Source: Octopus bimaculoides
Taxonomy: Eukaryota
NCBI RefSeq assembly: GCF_001194135.2
Contig: NC_068987.1
Location: 10,009,902-10,073,901, forward strand
Reading direction: 5' to 3'
DNA: 64,000 nt
This document shows positions 39,682-52,370 of the stretch, in pieces. The position numbers and the translations under genes are program-made. Positions within the stretch are counted from its first letter, which is position 1. Each line of letters begins with the position of its first letter. The notes under the pieces are model-generated. The model did no database searches. It was not told where the DNA came from and saw only the letters and a program-made list of their open reading frames with translations.

Positions 39682-40111
39682 AAGGCGACGAGCTGGCAGA
39701 AACGTTAGCACGGCGGGCGAAATGCTTAGCGGCATTTCGTCTGCCGTTACGTTCTGAGTTCAAATTCCGCCGAGGTCGACTTTGTCTTTCATCTTTCGGG
39801 ATCGATAAATTAAGTATCAGTTACGCACTGGGATCGATGTAATCGACTTAATCCCTTTGCTTATCCTTATTTGTCCCCTCTGCGTGTAGCCCCTTGCGGG
39901 CAATAAAGAAATAAGAAACGTTAGCCCGCCGGGCGAAATGCTTAGCAGTATTTCGTCTGCCTTTACGTTCCGAATTCAAATTCCACCGAAGTCGACTTTG
40001 CCTTTCATCTTTTTGGGGTCGATAAATTAAGTACCAGTTTCATACTGGGGTCGATCTAATCGACTGGCCCAGTCACCCCAAAATTTCGGGCCTTGTGCCT
40101 AGGGTAGAAAA
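39682..40111 (+). mobile_element. Dimeric SINE family B with 14-bp TSD
   Basis: GAAAATAGTTTATT at 39668-39681 and 40112-40125 encloses both monomers. Confidence 0.95.
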
Positions 40112-40422
40112 GAAAATAGTTTATTCGTGGAGAAAGTTAACAAATCATAATTACAGACACACTTTAACTCCGAAATTTCATCTTCTCTCTCAAGTATCTT
40201 TGTCATATCTTTCTCTCTCTCACGTCTCTTTGTCATCTCTCTCTCTCTCTCTCTCTCTCTCATTCAGATTATAAAACAGTCCAATACAACAAACGTAATT
40301 ATTTAGCGCATAAAGACACTGGTAAACATCATATAACATATAAATATATGCATGCGTATGCTTGTAAGAGTTCATGCACGTATACACATACACGCACATA
40401 TATCTCTCTGTATATATGTGTT

Positions 40423-40640
40423 GGCGTATGGGTTTGAGATAAGGGCGCTGTATTCATGGTCATAAGGTTGCGGTTTCGACTCTCGGACCGGGTGATGCGT
40501 TGTATTCTTAAGCAAAACTCTTCATTTCACGTTGCTCTCGTCCACTCAGCTGGCAAAAATGAGTAAACCTGCGACCGACCGGCCTCTCATCCAGTGGGGA
40601 ATATATGCACCAGAGAATCCTGGAAACCACCCTTATCAGC
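40423..40640 (+). mobile_element. D-type SINE with V-domain-like module (diverged)
   Basis: ggtttcgactctc..gtccactcagctggcaaaaatgagtaaacctgcgaccgaccggc. Confidence 0.75.
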
Positions 40641-41124
40641 TTTTGGCTTGGCAAGGACCAAGTCGAGCAAGCCGGAATTTCGAAATCATAGTCAAACTCC
40701 AGCTTAAACATGCAATCTACCAAACACTATTCAATAAACGAGATATTTTAAAAAATATGATTGGCGTTTGAGACAGGGTGCATATTTGGTTGTTATTTCT
40801 AGTATACTGGGCAACTACATAGATGATCCTTTATTGACTCGTTTATTTCAAAGTATTTTATATCTACAAATTGTGAACTGGCCTTAAGTTCTCAGTAGGG
40901 TGCGTGACATATGTTGGGTTTGCGCAGCATGGTTTGTGTCGACCCAGCATTAAAATAAAAGACACTTAGGCAATATGTCACTCAGAGTGATCAAGCCTGG
41001 AACTTCGAGATTGCAAAGCAAATTTCTTAAGCATTCGTTCATGTAAGGCATTCGGCAATGTTCACCTTTGGGGTTGTACTCGGGTATATTGTAAGGAAAT
41101 ACTTTCTCAAGTCCTAGGACTGGT

Positions 41125-41340
41125 CGTCTGTTACCTGGTTTCCATAGCTTATAAGCGACCGTGATCATAACATCCCCCTGGACGGAACGCTCGACCTTTG
41201 CAGAGTCAATTACTTACAGATGAGTGGAGTAACGTGAAATTACCCGTTCTGCCCAAGAACATGTAACGCACCACTGGGTCTGTCCGGGAATCGAAACTAC
41301 AAATATGACACTCGAATCACTAGGCCACGCGCCTTTACAC
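41125..41340 (-). mobile_element. Old D-type SINE
   Basis: Minus strand reads ggcgcgtggcctagtg..gtttcgattcccgga..ttcttgggcag..ccactcatctg..gttccgtccaggggg. Confidence 0.65.
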
Positions 41341-43140
41341 TCCAGCGTGATATAATCAATTTTGTTCCGCCAATATTATGCTATATGGTTCCTATGTATC
41401 GATTTATTTAGCCTGTCTGTTAGCAAATTGTTTCTATTGTTGAGTGTGATATGAAACCTATTGTAATTAACACATATTAAATGTTGACAAGATTTACTAA
41501 GTTTTCTATGCAGTCATTGACAAAGGCAATTAAGGCAACATTGAACGTACAGGCGAACGGCTGAACTGATTGTATTACTCATGTACGCCTAAATATAGAT
41601 ACATAACCAGATCCACATACATTGTTGTGCTTTGCTTCGCTTTCCATTAAAGCGGTAAGCTACTTAATACCTTATTTCTTAAACCTTTTTCTTCCTGTAT
41701 TGTCCTTTTTCATTGTTCATTATATTTACACTACATAGCCAGACAGACAGACAGATAGATAGATAGATAAGACAGCACCACATTTACGTACATACAAATA
41801 TACAAATACTCGCGCGTGCGCGCGAGTGTGTATATGCGTGTGCTCATGTATATAGTTATAACTGCACTTATAATTCGAAGTATATCTATGTCTGAGAATT
41901 TTGTTATTTTTATGAAATCCTTTGGAGTAAATAATTCTAATCTAAAGCGAATTCTAAGACATATCGACACGTCGTAAGTGCAGCAGTCCCGAAAAAACTA
42001 ACACAACTTAATCACTGACATATAAATCGTTTTAATAATAGAACTCGAAGTAGATAAAGCTATGAACAATAGCGTGTAAGTATTAGGTAACAAAAATAAA
42101 CCCTTGGATGGAAGAAGTCAAAGGCTGACCCCAAGACCATTCAGGGCTCACCTGGCTAAACGATAAATACTGATTCCTAACAGGAACAAATTTTGGCTGG
42201 TGGATGGGTAACACTTGTTGAAGATCGGCTAAATTTCCTTATTGATTTCAAATTTTGACACAAGGCCAGCAATTTGATAGAACGTTTGTCATATTTACAG
42301 AATGGGTGGGTTCGAGTATCACCGGCTGTCTTCGACTTTTTCTGTCCAACGGGTTATAGATCTAATATTTACACGCTATTTATTTATAGCTTTTTTCAGC
42401 TTTTAAAACGAACTATTTCATATCTCTCAAACTTTCTAAATTCTTTTATGGTAATTTATATTCGATAACACTGCAAGTAAACCTCTTAAGTCATCTCATG
42501 GCAGTGCCTTAGTCTGGCCAGAATGGAATGGCTGCTGCGAATAAAAGTAACAAAGAATACTAACACAAATGAACACCTTACTTACACGTAAGCGAGGGTT
42601 TGTGAATAAGTGACAACAGTTATTCACTTCTCCCGTTCAATATTGAACTGGACAATAGCTTTTGTATTTCCCGCTGGAAGCAAACGAATTCTCATGCTTT
42701 GTTTCAAGATCTTACTTCATCCGGTCTTTCAATAACTGCTGTTTGAAAGCTTATAGGAAGAAAGAAAATGCCTCTAATGTAAGCGGAACACGCTAGCGCT
42801 TATTTTCAAGATGGCGACCCTCTGTAGAAATGAGTTCAATAGCAGGAGTAGATTTTAGGTCATTGCTTAAGACAGAACGGTTATAACATGAGAAGATTGC
42901 ACAACAATTACAAAGCAAACGGTTCTTTGTTTGCTGGATCTACACGTGAAGCCATAAACTAGATTCTCAACCACAAACTACCAATAGTTTAGCTTGAAGA
43001 TTATTTTCTTTTAAATTTATAATTTCCGTTCCTGTAGTTGTTCCTTCGCCCTAGATCAGGTCTGATCGAGCAGACCTGTGATCATAGACCTTCCTTCCGT
43101 GACACTTACGTCCGTTTAATCAGTCATGGTATCTTGTCTT

Positions 43141-43536
43141 TTATCTTTTTCTTGTTTCAGTCATTAGGCTGCGGTCATGCTGGGGCACCACCTTGAATTT
43201 CTTTAGTCGAATGAATCCGCCCCAAAACTCATCTTTTAAGCCTGGTACTTATTTTATAAGCCTCTTTGGCCGAACTGCTATGTTACGGGGACGCAAACTC
43301 ACCAACACCGGTTGTCAAGCAGTGGTGGTGGGACATGCAGACACAAAGACATATACACATATACACGTGTATATATACACGACGGGTTTTTTTCAGTTTC
43401 TGTCTACCAAATCCACTATGAGGCTTTGATCGGTCCGAGGCTATAGTAGTAGACACTTGCCCAAGGTGCCACGCAGTGGGACTGAACCCATAATCATGCC
43501 GTTAGGAAGCAAGCTTCTTACCACACAGCCACGCAT
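43141..43536 (-). mobile_element. SINE family A, full length
   Basis: Colinear match including head boxes and tail. Confidence 0.9.
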
Positions 43537-44141
43537 GCATTAGTCATTGTAAACTTTCTTTCTTAAGACGGTATGGAGTGACTTGATAGAGGTTTGACTG
43601 CTGTTTCTTGCAGCTTGAGCAATCACTTAGAGCTTACTCATATCGTCATCTACATATTACACATCACATCTATATATTCAACAAAACTGTACTTTGCATA
43701 AATTTGCATATTTGTTTGAGTTTACATATGTATATATATGCATGTGTTTACGTGTGTGTGAGATCAGCAGTATAGAAGTCCTTGGTCGTAGATATTTCGT
43801 AAATGGCAATATTCTAGTGAAACGAGACGACGAAACGGGATACGGGTTCTATTCTCAGCTGTTGATATTTCATATACAACACTAATGCCTCTATCAACGG
43901 AATGAAAATCGCATCTCCCATCATCTCTATTTCCTTGAATCAATACGACTTGCCACTTAATGATGCATGTCTTGATATGATCGCGATTGGTCAAGCAAAT
44001 GCATCTGTCTAACTTAATTTGACATGATATAAATATTTAAGTTTTCATACACACATACATGCAAACGTGTGCGTGTGTGTGTCTGTGTGTGCATATATAC
44101 ATATATATATATATGTATATATATACATATATACAAATATA

Positions 44142-44221
<80 letters not shown>

Positions 44222-44897
44222 ACAAAAAGCTGGTCCAAGGGAGAAATAACTCTTGTTCACTGACAACGGACTTTCTATTCTTTGGCGACCAACTGACCAA
44301 ATGGCCGTGGCCGTAACGGGTTCCTGCCTCCCAGAGGTNNNNNNNNNNNNNNNNNNNNNNNNNNNNNNNNNNNNNNNNNNNNNNNNNNNNNNNNNNNNNN
44401 NNNNNNNNNNNNNNNNNNNNNNNNNNNNNNNNNNNNNNNNNNNNNNNNNNNNNNNNNNNNNNNNNNNNNNNNNNNNNNNNNNNNNNNNNNNNNNNNNATA
44501 TATATATATATATATATATATAAGTACAGTTGCCACTAAAGTGAAGGAGTGTGCTCTTGAGCACCTGGCATTGCTAGAAATAAGAGTCAAAATAACTATT
44601 AGCCACGTGGGAGTACTTTTCTAACGACTGATAAGGGAGATAAGGGAAACAAGCTCCGTCCCTACGACAAGCATGATGGAGTCATACCACCGCTGATTTC
44701 AGATTTGATTAATCTCCATTAGTGACACATTATTCCGTCACCGAGAGCTAAAGGACCTAACTCAACCTATCAGTCTTATAGAGAATACCATAGAAAACAT
44801 TGACTGATTTTGAAAATGGTGAAGTGAGAATTATAAATTATTAAGGGGGCTATTCGTAATCTACAACAGAAATGCACTAAATATATATTATATATCG

Positions 44898-44936
<39 letters not shown>

Positions 44937-45137
44937 GCAAAACAAATTCACCAAAGTGCTGTTTCTAAGGGTAAGATTGACCACGTAGAGGCCCTTTCGT
45001 GTGTTTCTTTTACAGTGCGCAATAACATACGAAAAAGGAAATAAGATTTTGTGACGTTGAGTCCTTTCTCAAAGACATTAACAACAGAAATTAAGGTAAT
45101 TGAAAACATATTTTATCCATTTTATTCCAATTACTAA

Positions 45138-45358
45138 TATTGGTTTCAAATTTTGGCACTAGACCAGAAATATCGAGGGTGCAGGTGAGTCGATTACATC
45201 GTCTCCAGTAATCAGCAGGTGCTTATTTTATTGACGCCGGAAGGATAAAATGCAAAGTCGACTTCGCCGAATTTTTAAACATAAAACGTAAAGACGCACA
45301 AAATGCCGCTAAGCATTTTTATCCAGCAAACTAACAATTCTTGCAGCTCGCTACCTTA
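45138..45358 (-). mobile_element. SINE family B copy (diverged)
   Basis: Reverse-complement match. Confidence 0.8.
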
Positions 45359-47906
45359 TTTCCAAAGCAGTAAGTAATATAAGTAAAGTGACTTACATGC
45401 ACTTTTATAGCTTAAAAGTGATTTAAGTGAACTGAGCTGGATTCAGCTGGAAACAGAAACTATTTGGTAAATTTAGCGTGCAAAAATCTCACGCTATGTC
45501 TATTGCTTACTGTTATCCATGATAACGATGTAACTGTAATGATATTCTTTTCGTCTTCTTTTGAAAATATCTGAATCTTTATAACTAAATTGAAATACAC
45601 TTACAATAACCTCCAAAAATATTTTAACTTGACTGCTTTTTATGTCTAATGAGATAGGTATATTTAGCATTATTTTAATGTCTTTTATCCCAATTTCGAT
45701 TCACCTTCAGACAGACATTGATTCTTAGTAGAATGACAAGCACAACTTACTTAATTTCCATGCGCGTCCTCAGGTATTTTAATTCAGTGAAATATTTTAA
45801 AAGAATCATTTGCCTACGCATGTGTGTTACTATCACCCGAGTTGTTATTCACAAGTATAAGACAGCTTACAGTTCTACTTTTAATGTTCAAACTCCATTT
45901 ATTTATCTCTTAGAATGCATCTTTATAGTTGTTAGAACCATTAATGCAGTATCATTCTGCTCTACGATCTTATAATCTTTAATGTAATTGTATTTCGGAG
46001 TTAGCATCCCTAATGAGGCAAAAAGTCATCATGGTACGTTGAAGCTTATCCTATATTTCTGACTAGAAGGTCAATTTGGTGATTGTTTTGATGGTGTGTT
46101 CTGAGTACTACGCACTGACAAAATTTCTTCAATTCTGAAAGCATCCTGCAGTATAAAACAGCGAGCTATATACTATATAATGTCGTTTAAAGCCAGACGG
46201 CCTTTCAAAATGAAGGGAATGTAATAGAGACACATATAAGCCTTGCATATTGACATCGCTGTATGTTGATCTTGTATTAACTGATTGCTAAGCATTGTCT
46301 CTAGTTGAAGTAAAACTTTTATCAACTGAGTTACTGCGACATTTTTATTAAGTGCAATCTTCATGATGGTAGAAAGGTAGAATTTTTCCTTTCGTCTTCA
46401 ATTATAATTTTTTTAGTCCCAACTCATCAGTTATTTTACCCTTTGAGACAACTGTCTGAAACACTCTCGGGACAAGTCTATTATTCTACTCGTGATTTAT
46501 TGTTACTTCTAAGATGGTGTATAGTGCAATCGAGAATCACAAATGCATGTCTATGATATATAGTTCACTCATCTCTTGCTTTCAGGGCCTGTGTATATTG
46601 GACTGTCATTAAACGAAAAGTTAAGGGACAAGTTGAAAACAAAATGAACACTCCTGACACCTGTGTGTAAAGTTGCAACAAATGCAGATAAGGACACAAT
46701 ATACTTTAGGGGGCGAAACTTTTGCCAAAATTAGATTGAGCCAAAAGTTTTTTTCCTGTTCCAACACAGGCATTAAGAAAATTTACTTTTTGAGGCTGAT
46801 ATCAGTATTTTTGGTGGACATATTGTTCCACTAATAAACCACTTCATGAGGAGTGCAATTAAAGCACACGCTATTTGCACTGTTCCTAATCCTTGCCAAC
46901 CAAAGACTGCGAAGTATTTTCAAAGGGGATCACTGCTTGGTTGTACAAGGCAGAAGTGTAAACTCTAGGTGTGGAGTTCTAACTTTTGTTATGCTTAATA
47001 AAGTATATCTTCTGACACACGCTTCTACTAATTGTCAAAGCTGCAGAGGATTGGATGGGGAAAAGGTACAGTAAATGATGACAAAGAGATTCCTCATCTT
47101 CTTTGGAAAATACAAGACTGCAGTTTTTTTTTCCAAGGAACTGTTCCAGTTTGCATAATCTTTCAAGGAACATCTCCCATGACAAAATTGGTAGTATATT
47201 GCACAGCCATATAGAACAACTGTTCTGAGGTTTCAGAATTACGTTGGACCATGGATAAGGTGCTGATAGTTGCAACTATAATAATTTACAAAGATTTCTC
47301 AATAAAAGATCACACATTAAGAAGTTAATACAAAGTTTCACATCAGGTGACAACTATATTTACACTATTATATATACAGTCTATATTGAAGTATTGTCGT
47401 TTAAAAGAGCACTTCAAAAAGCAAGTACACAGGTCCAAACACCATGGAAAATAATAAATAATATTTCGTTCAGTGTTTCATATTTAGATTTGTTCATAAT
47501 TCTAATATATTCAGAGATTATGATTTCTGAAACAGAGTGTTAATTTTTGAAGAATTTTAAACATATTCAAAACATTATGAAAATTATGTTCGATTTTGAA
47601 AGCACAATAGCTGATTATTTAGAAATATAAAAAAGTTAAAAGTAGAAACATGAAAGAATAAATTATTTCCTATCTATTTGAAACGCTGTACAGAATTTTA
47701 ACTACCGGATTTTAATAATTCTTTCTACTATAAACACAAAGCCTGAAATTTGGGGGGAGGGCTCAACTAGGACTTATTTTATCGACCCCGAAAAGATGAA
47801 AAGCAATAATGACAACGTTGAAAATATATATTGTCCAACTCTTTCTTTGTCAGCATTTACTCTCTCATACTTTCTCTCCCTCTCTCTCATTATGTAAGTA
47901 CGAATA

Positions 47907-47921
47907 AATAGATAGATAGAT

Positions 47922-47986
<65 letters not shown>
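47907..47986 (+). repeat. (GATA)n microsatellite
   Basis: Direct reading. Confidence 0.95.
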
Positions 47987-47995
47987 CGAGTAGAT

Positions 47996-48217
47996 AAGGT
48001 GGAAGAGCTGGCAGAAACGTTAGCACGCCGGGAAAAATGCTTAGCGGTATTTCGTTCTGAGTTCAAATTCCGCCGAGGTCGACTTTGCCTTTCATCCTTT
48101 CGGGGTCGATAAATTAAGTACCAGTTACGCACTGGGGTCGATGTAATCGACTTAATCTCTTTGTCTGTCCTTGTTTGTCCCCTCTATGTTTAGCCCCTTG
48201 TGGGCAATAAAGAAATA
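47996..48217 (+). mobile_element. SINE family B monomer (first-monomer tail type)
   Basis: Head to ..gtgggcaataaagaaata. The flanks share agatagatagaYgagtag, a probable TSD. Confidence 0.9.
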
Positions 48218-49016
48218 AGATAGATAGATGAGTAGGAAAGTGTGTGTAAGTGAGAGGGTGATTGAAACCAACGCTGAAAGAGAAAGAATAGTTTGACGAG
48301 AGTACGTTACAATGTTTCTGTACTCCATACTAACACTACTACTCGTCTAGCACTCCCTCCAATCATTCTACGTCTCTTTACTTTCCTGTTTTAATTTAAG
48401 CATATCAAAGATCCAAGATTTCTTTTCGTTCACTTATTTCTCTAGGTTGCTTTGAATCACCCTGCAAATATGGTAACCATTTAAAAATAACAATCGTAGA
48501 CCTTTATTGATATAGATAGGTTCGTATCGATACTGTTTTAAATATGTTTTTAATCAGCAATATATTGGGAATTGGTTTGTACAAGAATACATTTAAAGAT
48601 TGATATTTAAGCGAAAATATTTGGCAGTATTGACAGATACTCATGGAATATAGGAAAGCAGGAATATTGTAAATACACATATATGACATGTTACATTAGA
48701 GTTGTATAAAATACGATATTTGATTTGTATTCACTAGAATATTCGTTAGGGACTGTCATGTAAAATTCGATTTATCATATTGCGTTTGATTGAGGTTTTG
48801 AGTTTGTAGACAATAGAATATAGTGGTGTGTTTTCAATTCCAACTTTATCTTTTATGCTTTTCAATCATTTGGTTCGATTTGAAAGTCGACTGGAAATTT
48901 GCACGTGGTGTAAGAAGTCGATTGGAATTTTCCTCGTGGTGTAAGAACTTAAGTGTCAAAACACTTCCCTGTCACTTTAAAATCAAGTCCTCCGTAACAC
49001 ATCAAAATACCAGCAT

Positions 49017-49110
49017 CCTCGGCGGAATTTGAACTCAGAACGTAAAGGCAGACGAAATACCGCCAAGCATTTCGCCCGGCGTGATAACGTTTCTGCCAGC
49101 TCACCGCCTT
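49017..49110 (-). mobile_element. SINE family B head only
   Basis: Close match to the first 95 or so nt of the family. Confidence 0.85.
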
Positions 49111-49573
49111 GTTTTCTGTATGCTTTCTGTGAAACGATTATGTTTACCAATAAAATAAGATGAATAAATGACATATGAGAGATCAATAATAATTAAGGGA
49201 TCAGGGCATAGGTAAAATTATTGGTCAGTCTTGTATTTAATGTTAACAGCACTAGATCGATAATAGTCAGCATTTTGTTCATTTTTTTATCTTTATCTTT
49301 TGACGTTGTTCAACATATTTGTAACGCTAATACCATTACTTGTACTAATAATGTAAAAACATATTTCTCAACAGAATTCATGGTGTCAAACTGTTCACGT
49401 ACAATATTAATTCTTGTAAATGTTATGACAAAAAGTGCGTGCAGTGTTTGAGTACAAATGGGACGGGGCGATTGGGCGCAGCTGTTGGACGCCGACGATT
49501 TCGCACAGATGACTGGTCATTCGAACTGTTTTGGTGACGGTACTTTTTGGTGCTGGGGGCAAACGTACATAGC

Positions 49574-49619
<46 letters not shown>

Positions 49620-50357
49620 TGCATACACACACACACACACGTACGCACGTGCACACAAATATACTTATACAGATGGAAAGAGTGAGAGAGAGAAAGAGTG
49701 CGAAAGTGAGAGAGGGGGAGAAAGAGGGAGTGTGCGTGAGTTTGTGTGTGTATAGGAGAGAGGGAGAGGGAGTGAGAGAGAGGATGAGGGAAGGAGGGAA
49801 CGAAAGAAACATTATAACAAGAGAAACGACGTAATCATTTCATGTCAAGTAAGTTAAGGACGAATTAGCGATGCCAAATAGGCGGTGCCAAATATTTATG
49901 AATGTGTGCACTGAATGTGCATTTATAAAGTTTCAAGGATTCTTTCAAAGCATTTGCATTAGACAGCATCATATATTTAGTTTACATAACGAAAATTAAG
50001 ATTGAAAAATGTTTTCACTCTCCCTCTAACCCATCTCTCTATCTCTCTCTCTCTCTCTTTTTCTCTGGCTTTATGCTTCTTCCATTCGGTTTCCCAGTCG
50101 TCACCAATTACTCAATCTTTATTTTCCCATGTCATATGGTGTCTAATGAATTGTACCTAAGTTAAGAAGTTTTCTGGTAGTCGTAGCTCGCTGAGAAATT
50201 CAATATTTATCATTCTGACAGCACAGGTCCTCGACATTCATCTAACGCACCTCATCTCTTCAATATTGATGGCTATCACATTTATTTGTAGGTCAAGGTC
50301 ACACAACTAAATGAATCAAATGTAAGGACGGCTTCTATGTGTGCACCTAGGACACGT

Positions 50358-50514
50358 TCGAGCAAATCCACCACAGGACTTATTCTTTGTAAGCCTAGTA
50401 CTTATTCTATCGTTTTCTTTCGCCGAACCGTTAAGTTACGGGACGTAAACACACCAACATCGGTTGTCAAGTGATGTTGGGGGTGACAAACACAGACACA
50501 CAAATACACATATA
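50358..50514 (-). mobile_element. SINE family A, partial 3' half
   Basis: ggacttattctttgtaagcctagtac..ggacgtaaacacacc..acaaacacagacac. Confidence 0.85.
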
Positions 50515-50597
50515 CATATATAAATTGACAGAATGAGATTAAAAAAAACTATTTACAGCCTTGGATTTTTTAATCTCATTCTGTCAATTTATATATG
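50515..50597. repeat. 32-bp perfect inverted repeat with 19-nt spacer
   Basis: CATATATAAATTGACAGAATGAGATTAAAAAA at 50515-50546 and its exact reverse complement at 50566-50597. Confidence 0.95.
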
Positions 50598-51214
50598 CAT
50601 GCTAATACATGACCCACGTTAGACTCATCATTCGTATCATTATCGAACCTGGAGCTTAACCATGGTCTATCCATAGCACTTACTTAGTGTTACCCGACAC
50701 CTTTTGGGTCTTCTTGACACCAATACCTCTCATAAACTCGATATATATATATATATATATATATANNNNNNNNNNNNNNNNNNNNNNNNNNNNNNNNNNN
50801 NNNNNNNNNNNNNNNNNNNNNNNNNNNNNNNNNNNNNNNNNNNNNNNNNNNNNNNNNNNNNNNNNNNNNNNNNNNNNNNNNNNNNNNNNNNNNNNNNNNN
50901 NNNNNNNNNNNNNNNNNNNNNNNNNNNNNNNNNNNNNNNNNNNNNNNNNNNNNNNNNNNNNNNNNNNNNNNNNNNNNNNNNNNNNNNNNNNNNNNNNNNN
51001 NNNNNNNNNNNNNNNNNNNNNNNNNNNNNNNNNNNNNNNNNNNNNNNNNNNNNNNNNNNNNNNNNNNNNNNNNNNNNNNNNNNNNNNNNNNNNNNNNNNN
51101 NNNNNNNNNNNNNNNNNNNNNNNNNNNNNNNNNNNNNNNNNNNNNNNNNNNNNNNNNNNNNNNNNNNNNNNNNNNNNNNNAGGAGGAGGAGGAGGAGGAG
51201 GAGGAGGAGGAGGA

Positions 51215-51425
51215 GTGACCGTGTTGGCAGTAGTGAGTAAGCGAGAGTGACCGTTAGCCGTGATAGCAGCAGTAATTAATTGGAATTAACTACTGTAATT
51301 AATTGGAATTAACTGCTAGAATTAACTGGAATTAATAGGAATTAACTGGAATTAATAGGAATTAACTACTGCTGCTGTTACGGCCAACGGTCACTCTCAC
51401 TTACTCACTACTACCAACGAGGTCA

Positions 51426-51426
<1 letters not shown>
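51215..51426. repeat. Foldback element: 60-bp inverted arms around a GGAATTAA-based minisatellite
   Basis: Arms 51215-51274 and 51367-51426 match at 53/60 by my alignment. Flanked by (GGA)n and (TAC)n. Confidence 0.9.
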
Positions 51427-51484
<58 letters not shown>

Positions 51485-52202
51485 GCTACAGCCAACGATT
51501 CAAGTCAACGCACAAGGCAGCCATTATGTTCCCACACATAAAACGCTTCCACGTGGACTCTGTTGACACCAGTAAGAAACAATTATGAACTTTTCTTTTA
51601 ATTGCATTTCTAAAAATATGTATTTTTGATAAGGTTCGCTTTTTTCAAGAAGAACCGAAACATGTAAAATATCTCTGAGAAAATTAAAATTTATCTTATA
51701 TAGTGGCGTTTTCAAACTTCATTTTTACAAATATATATATATATATACTACACTTTATCGTGCAGTTACTGTTAATACTTCATTTAGAGAATTAACATTG
51801 CTTGTTTTCACCTTTTCAATATCANNNNNNNNNNNNNNNNNNNNNNNNNNNNNNNNNNNNNNNNNNNNNNNNNNNNNNNNNNNNNNNNNNNNNNNNNNNN
51901 NNNNNNNNNNNNNNNNNNNNNNNNNNNNNNNNNNNNNNNNNNNNNNNNNNNNNNNNNNNNNNNNNNNNNNNNNNNNNNNNNNNNNNNNNNNNNNNNNNNN
52001 NNNNNNNNNNNNNNNNNNNNNNNNNNNNNNNNNNNNNNNNNNNNNNNNNNNNNNNNNNNNNNNNNNNNNNNNNNNNNNNNNNNNNNNNNNNNNNNNNNNN
52101 NNNNNNNNNNNNNNNNNNNNNNNNNNNNNNNNNNNNNNNNNNNNNNNNNNNNNNNNNNNNNNNNNNNNNNNNNNNNNNNATATATATATATATATATATA
52201 TA

Positions 52203-52370
52203 TATACGACGGGCTTCTTTCAGTTTCCATCTACCAAATCCACTCACAAGGCTTTGGTCGGCCCGAGGCTATAGTAGAAGACACTTGTCCAATGTACCAC
52301 GTAGTGGGACTGAACCCGGAGCCATGTGCTTAGGAAACAAGCCTCTTATCACACAGCCACTCCGGCGCCT
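52203..52370 (-). mobile_element. SINE family A, 5' half
   Basis: Close match to the A head up to the internal (TA)n. Confidence 0.88.

Noticed and set aside
41806-41827. Hairpin CTCGCGCG-TG-CGCGCGAG as a Helitron 3' terminator
   Set aside because: It lies within CA/TG microsatellite-like sequence and is not followed by a CTRR terminus.
13495-44630. Scattered short matches around AGAAATAGCAGCC / GATCGAGCAGACC (about 13510, 13955, 33840, 40790, 43060, 43600, 44570)
   Set aside because: They probably belong to another old dispersed repeat family, but I could not define boundaries well enough to list them as features.
49455-49565. GC-rich segment resembling subterminal repeats of Mutator-like elements
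   Set aside because: No partner terminus or TSD could be identified.
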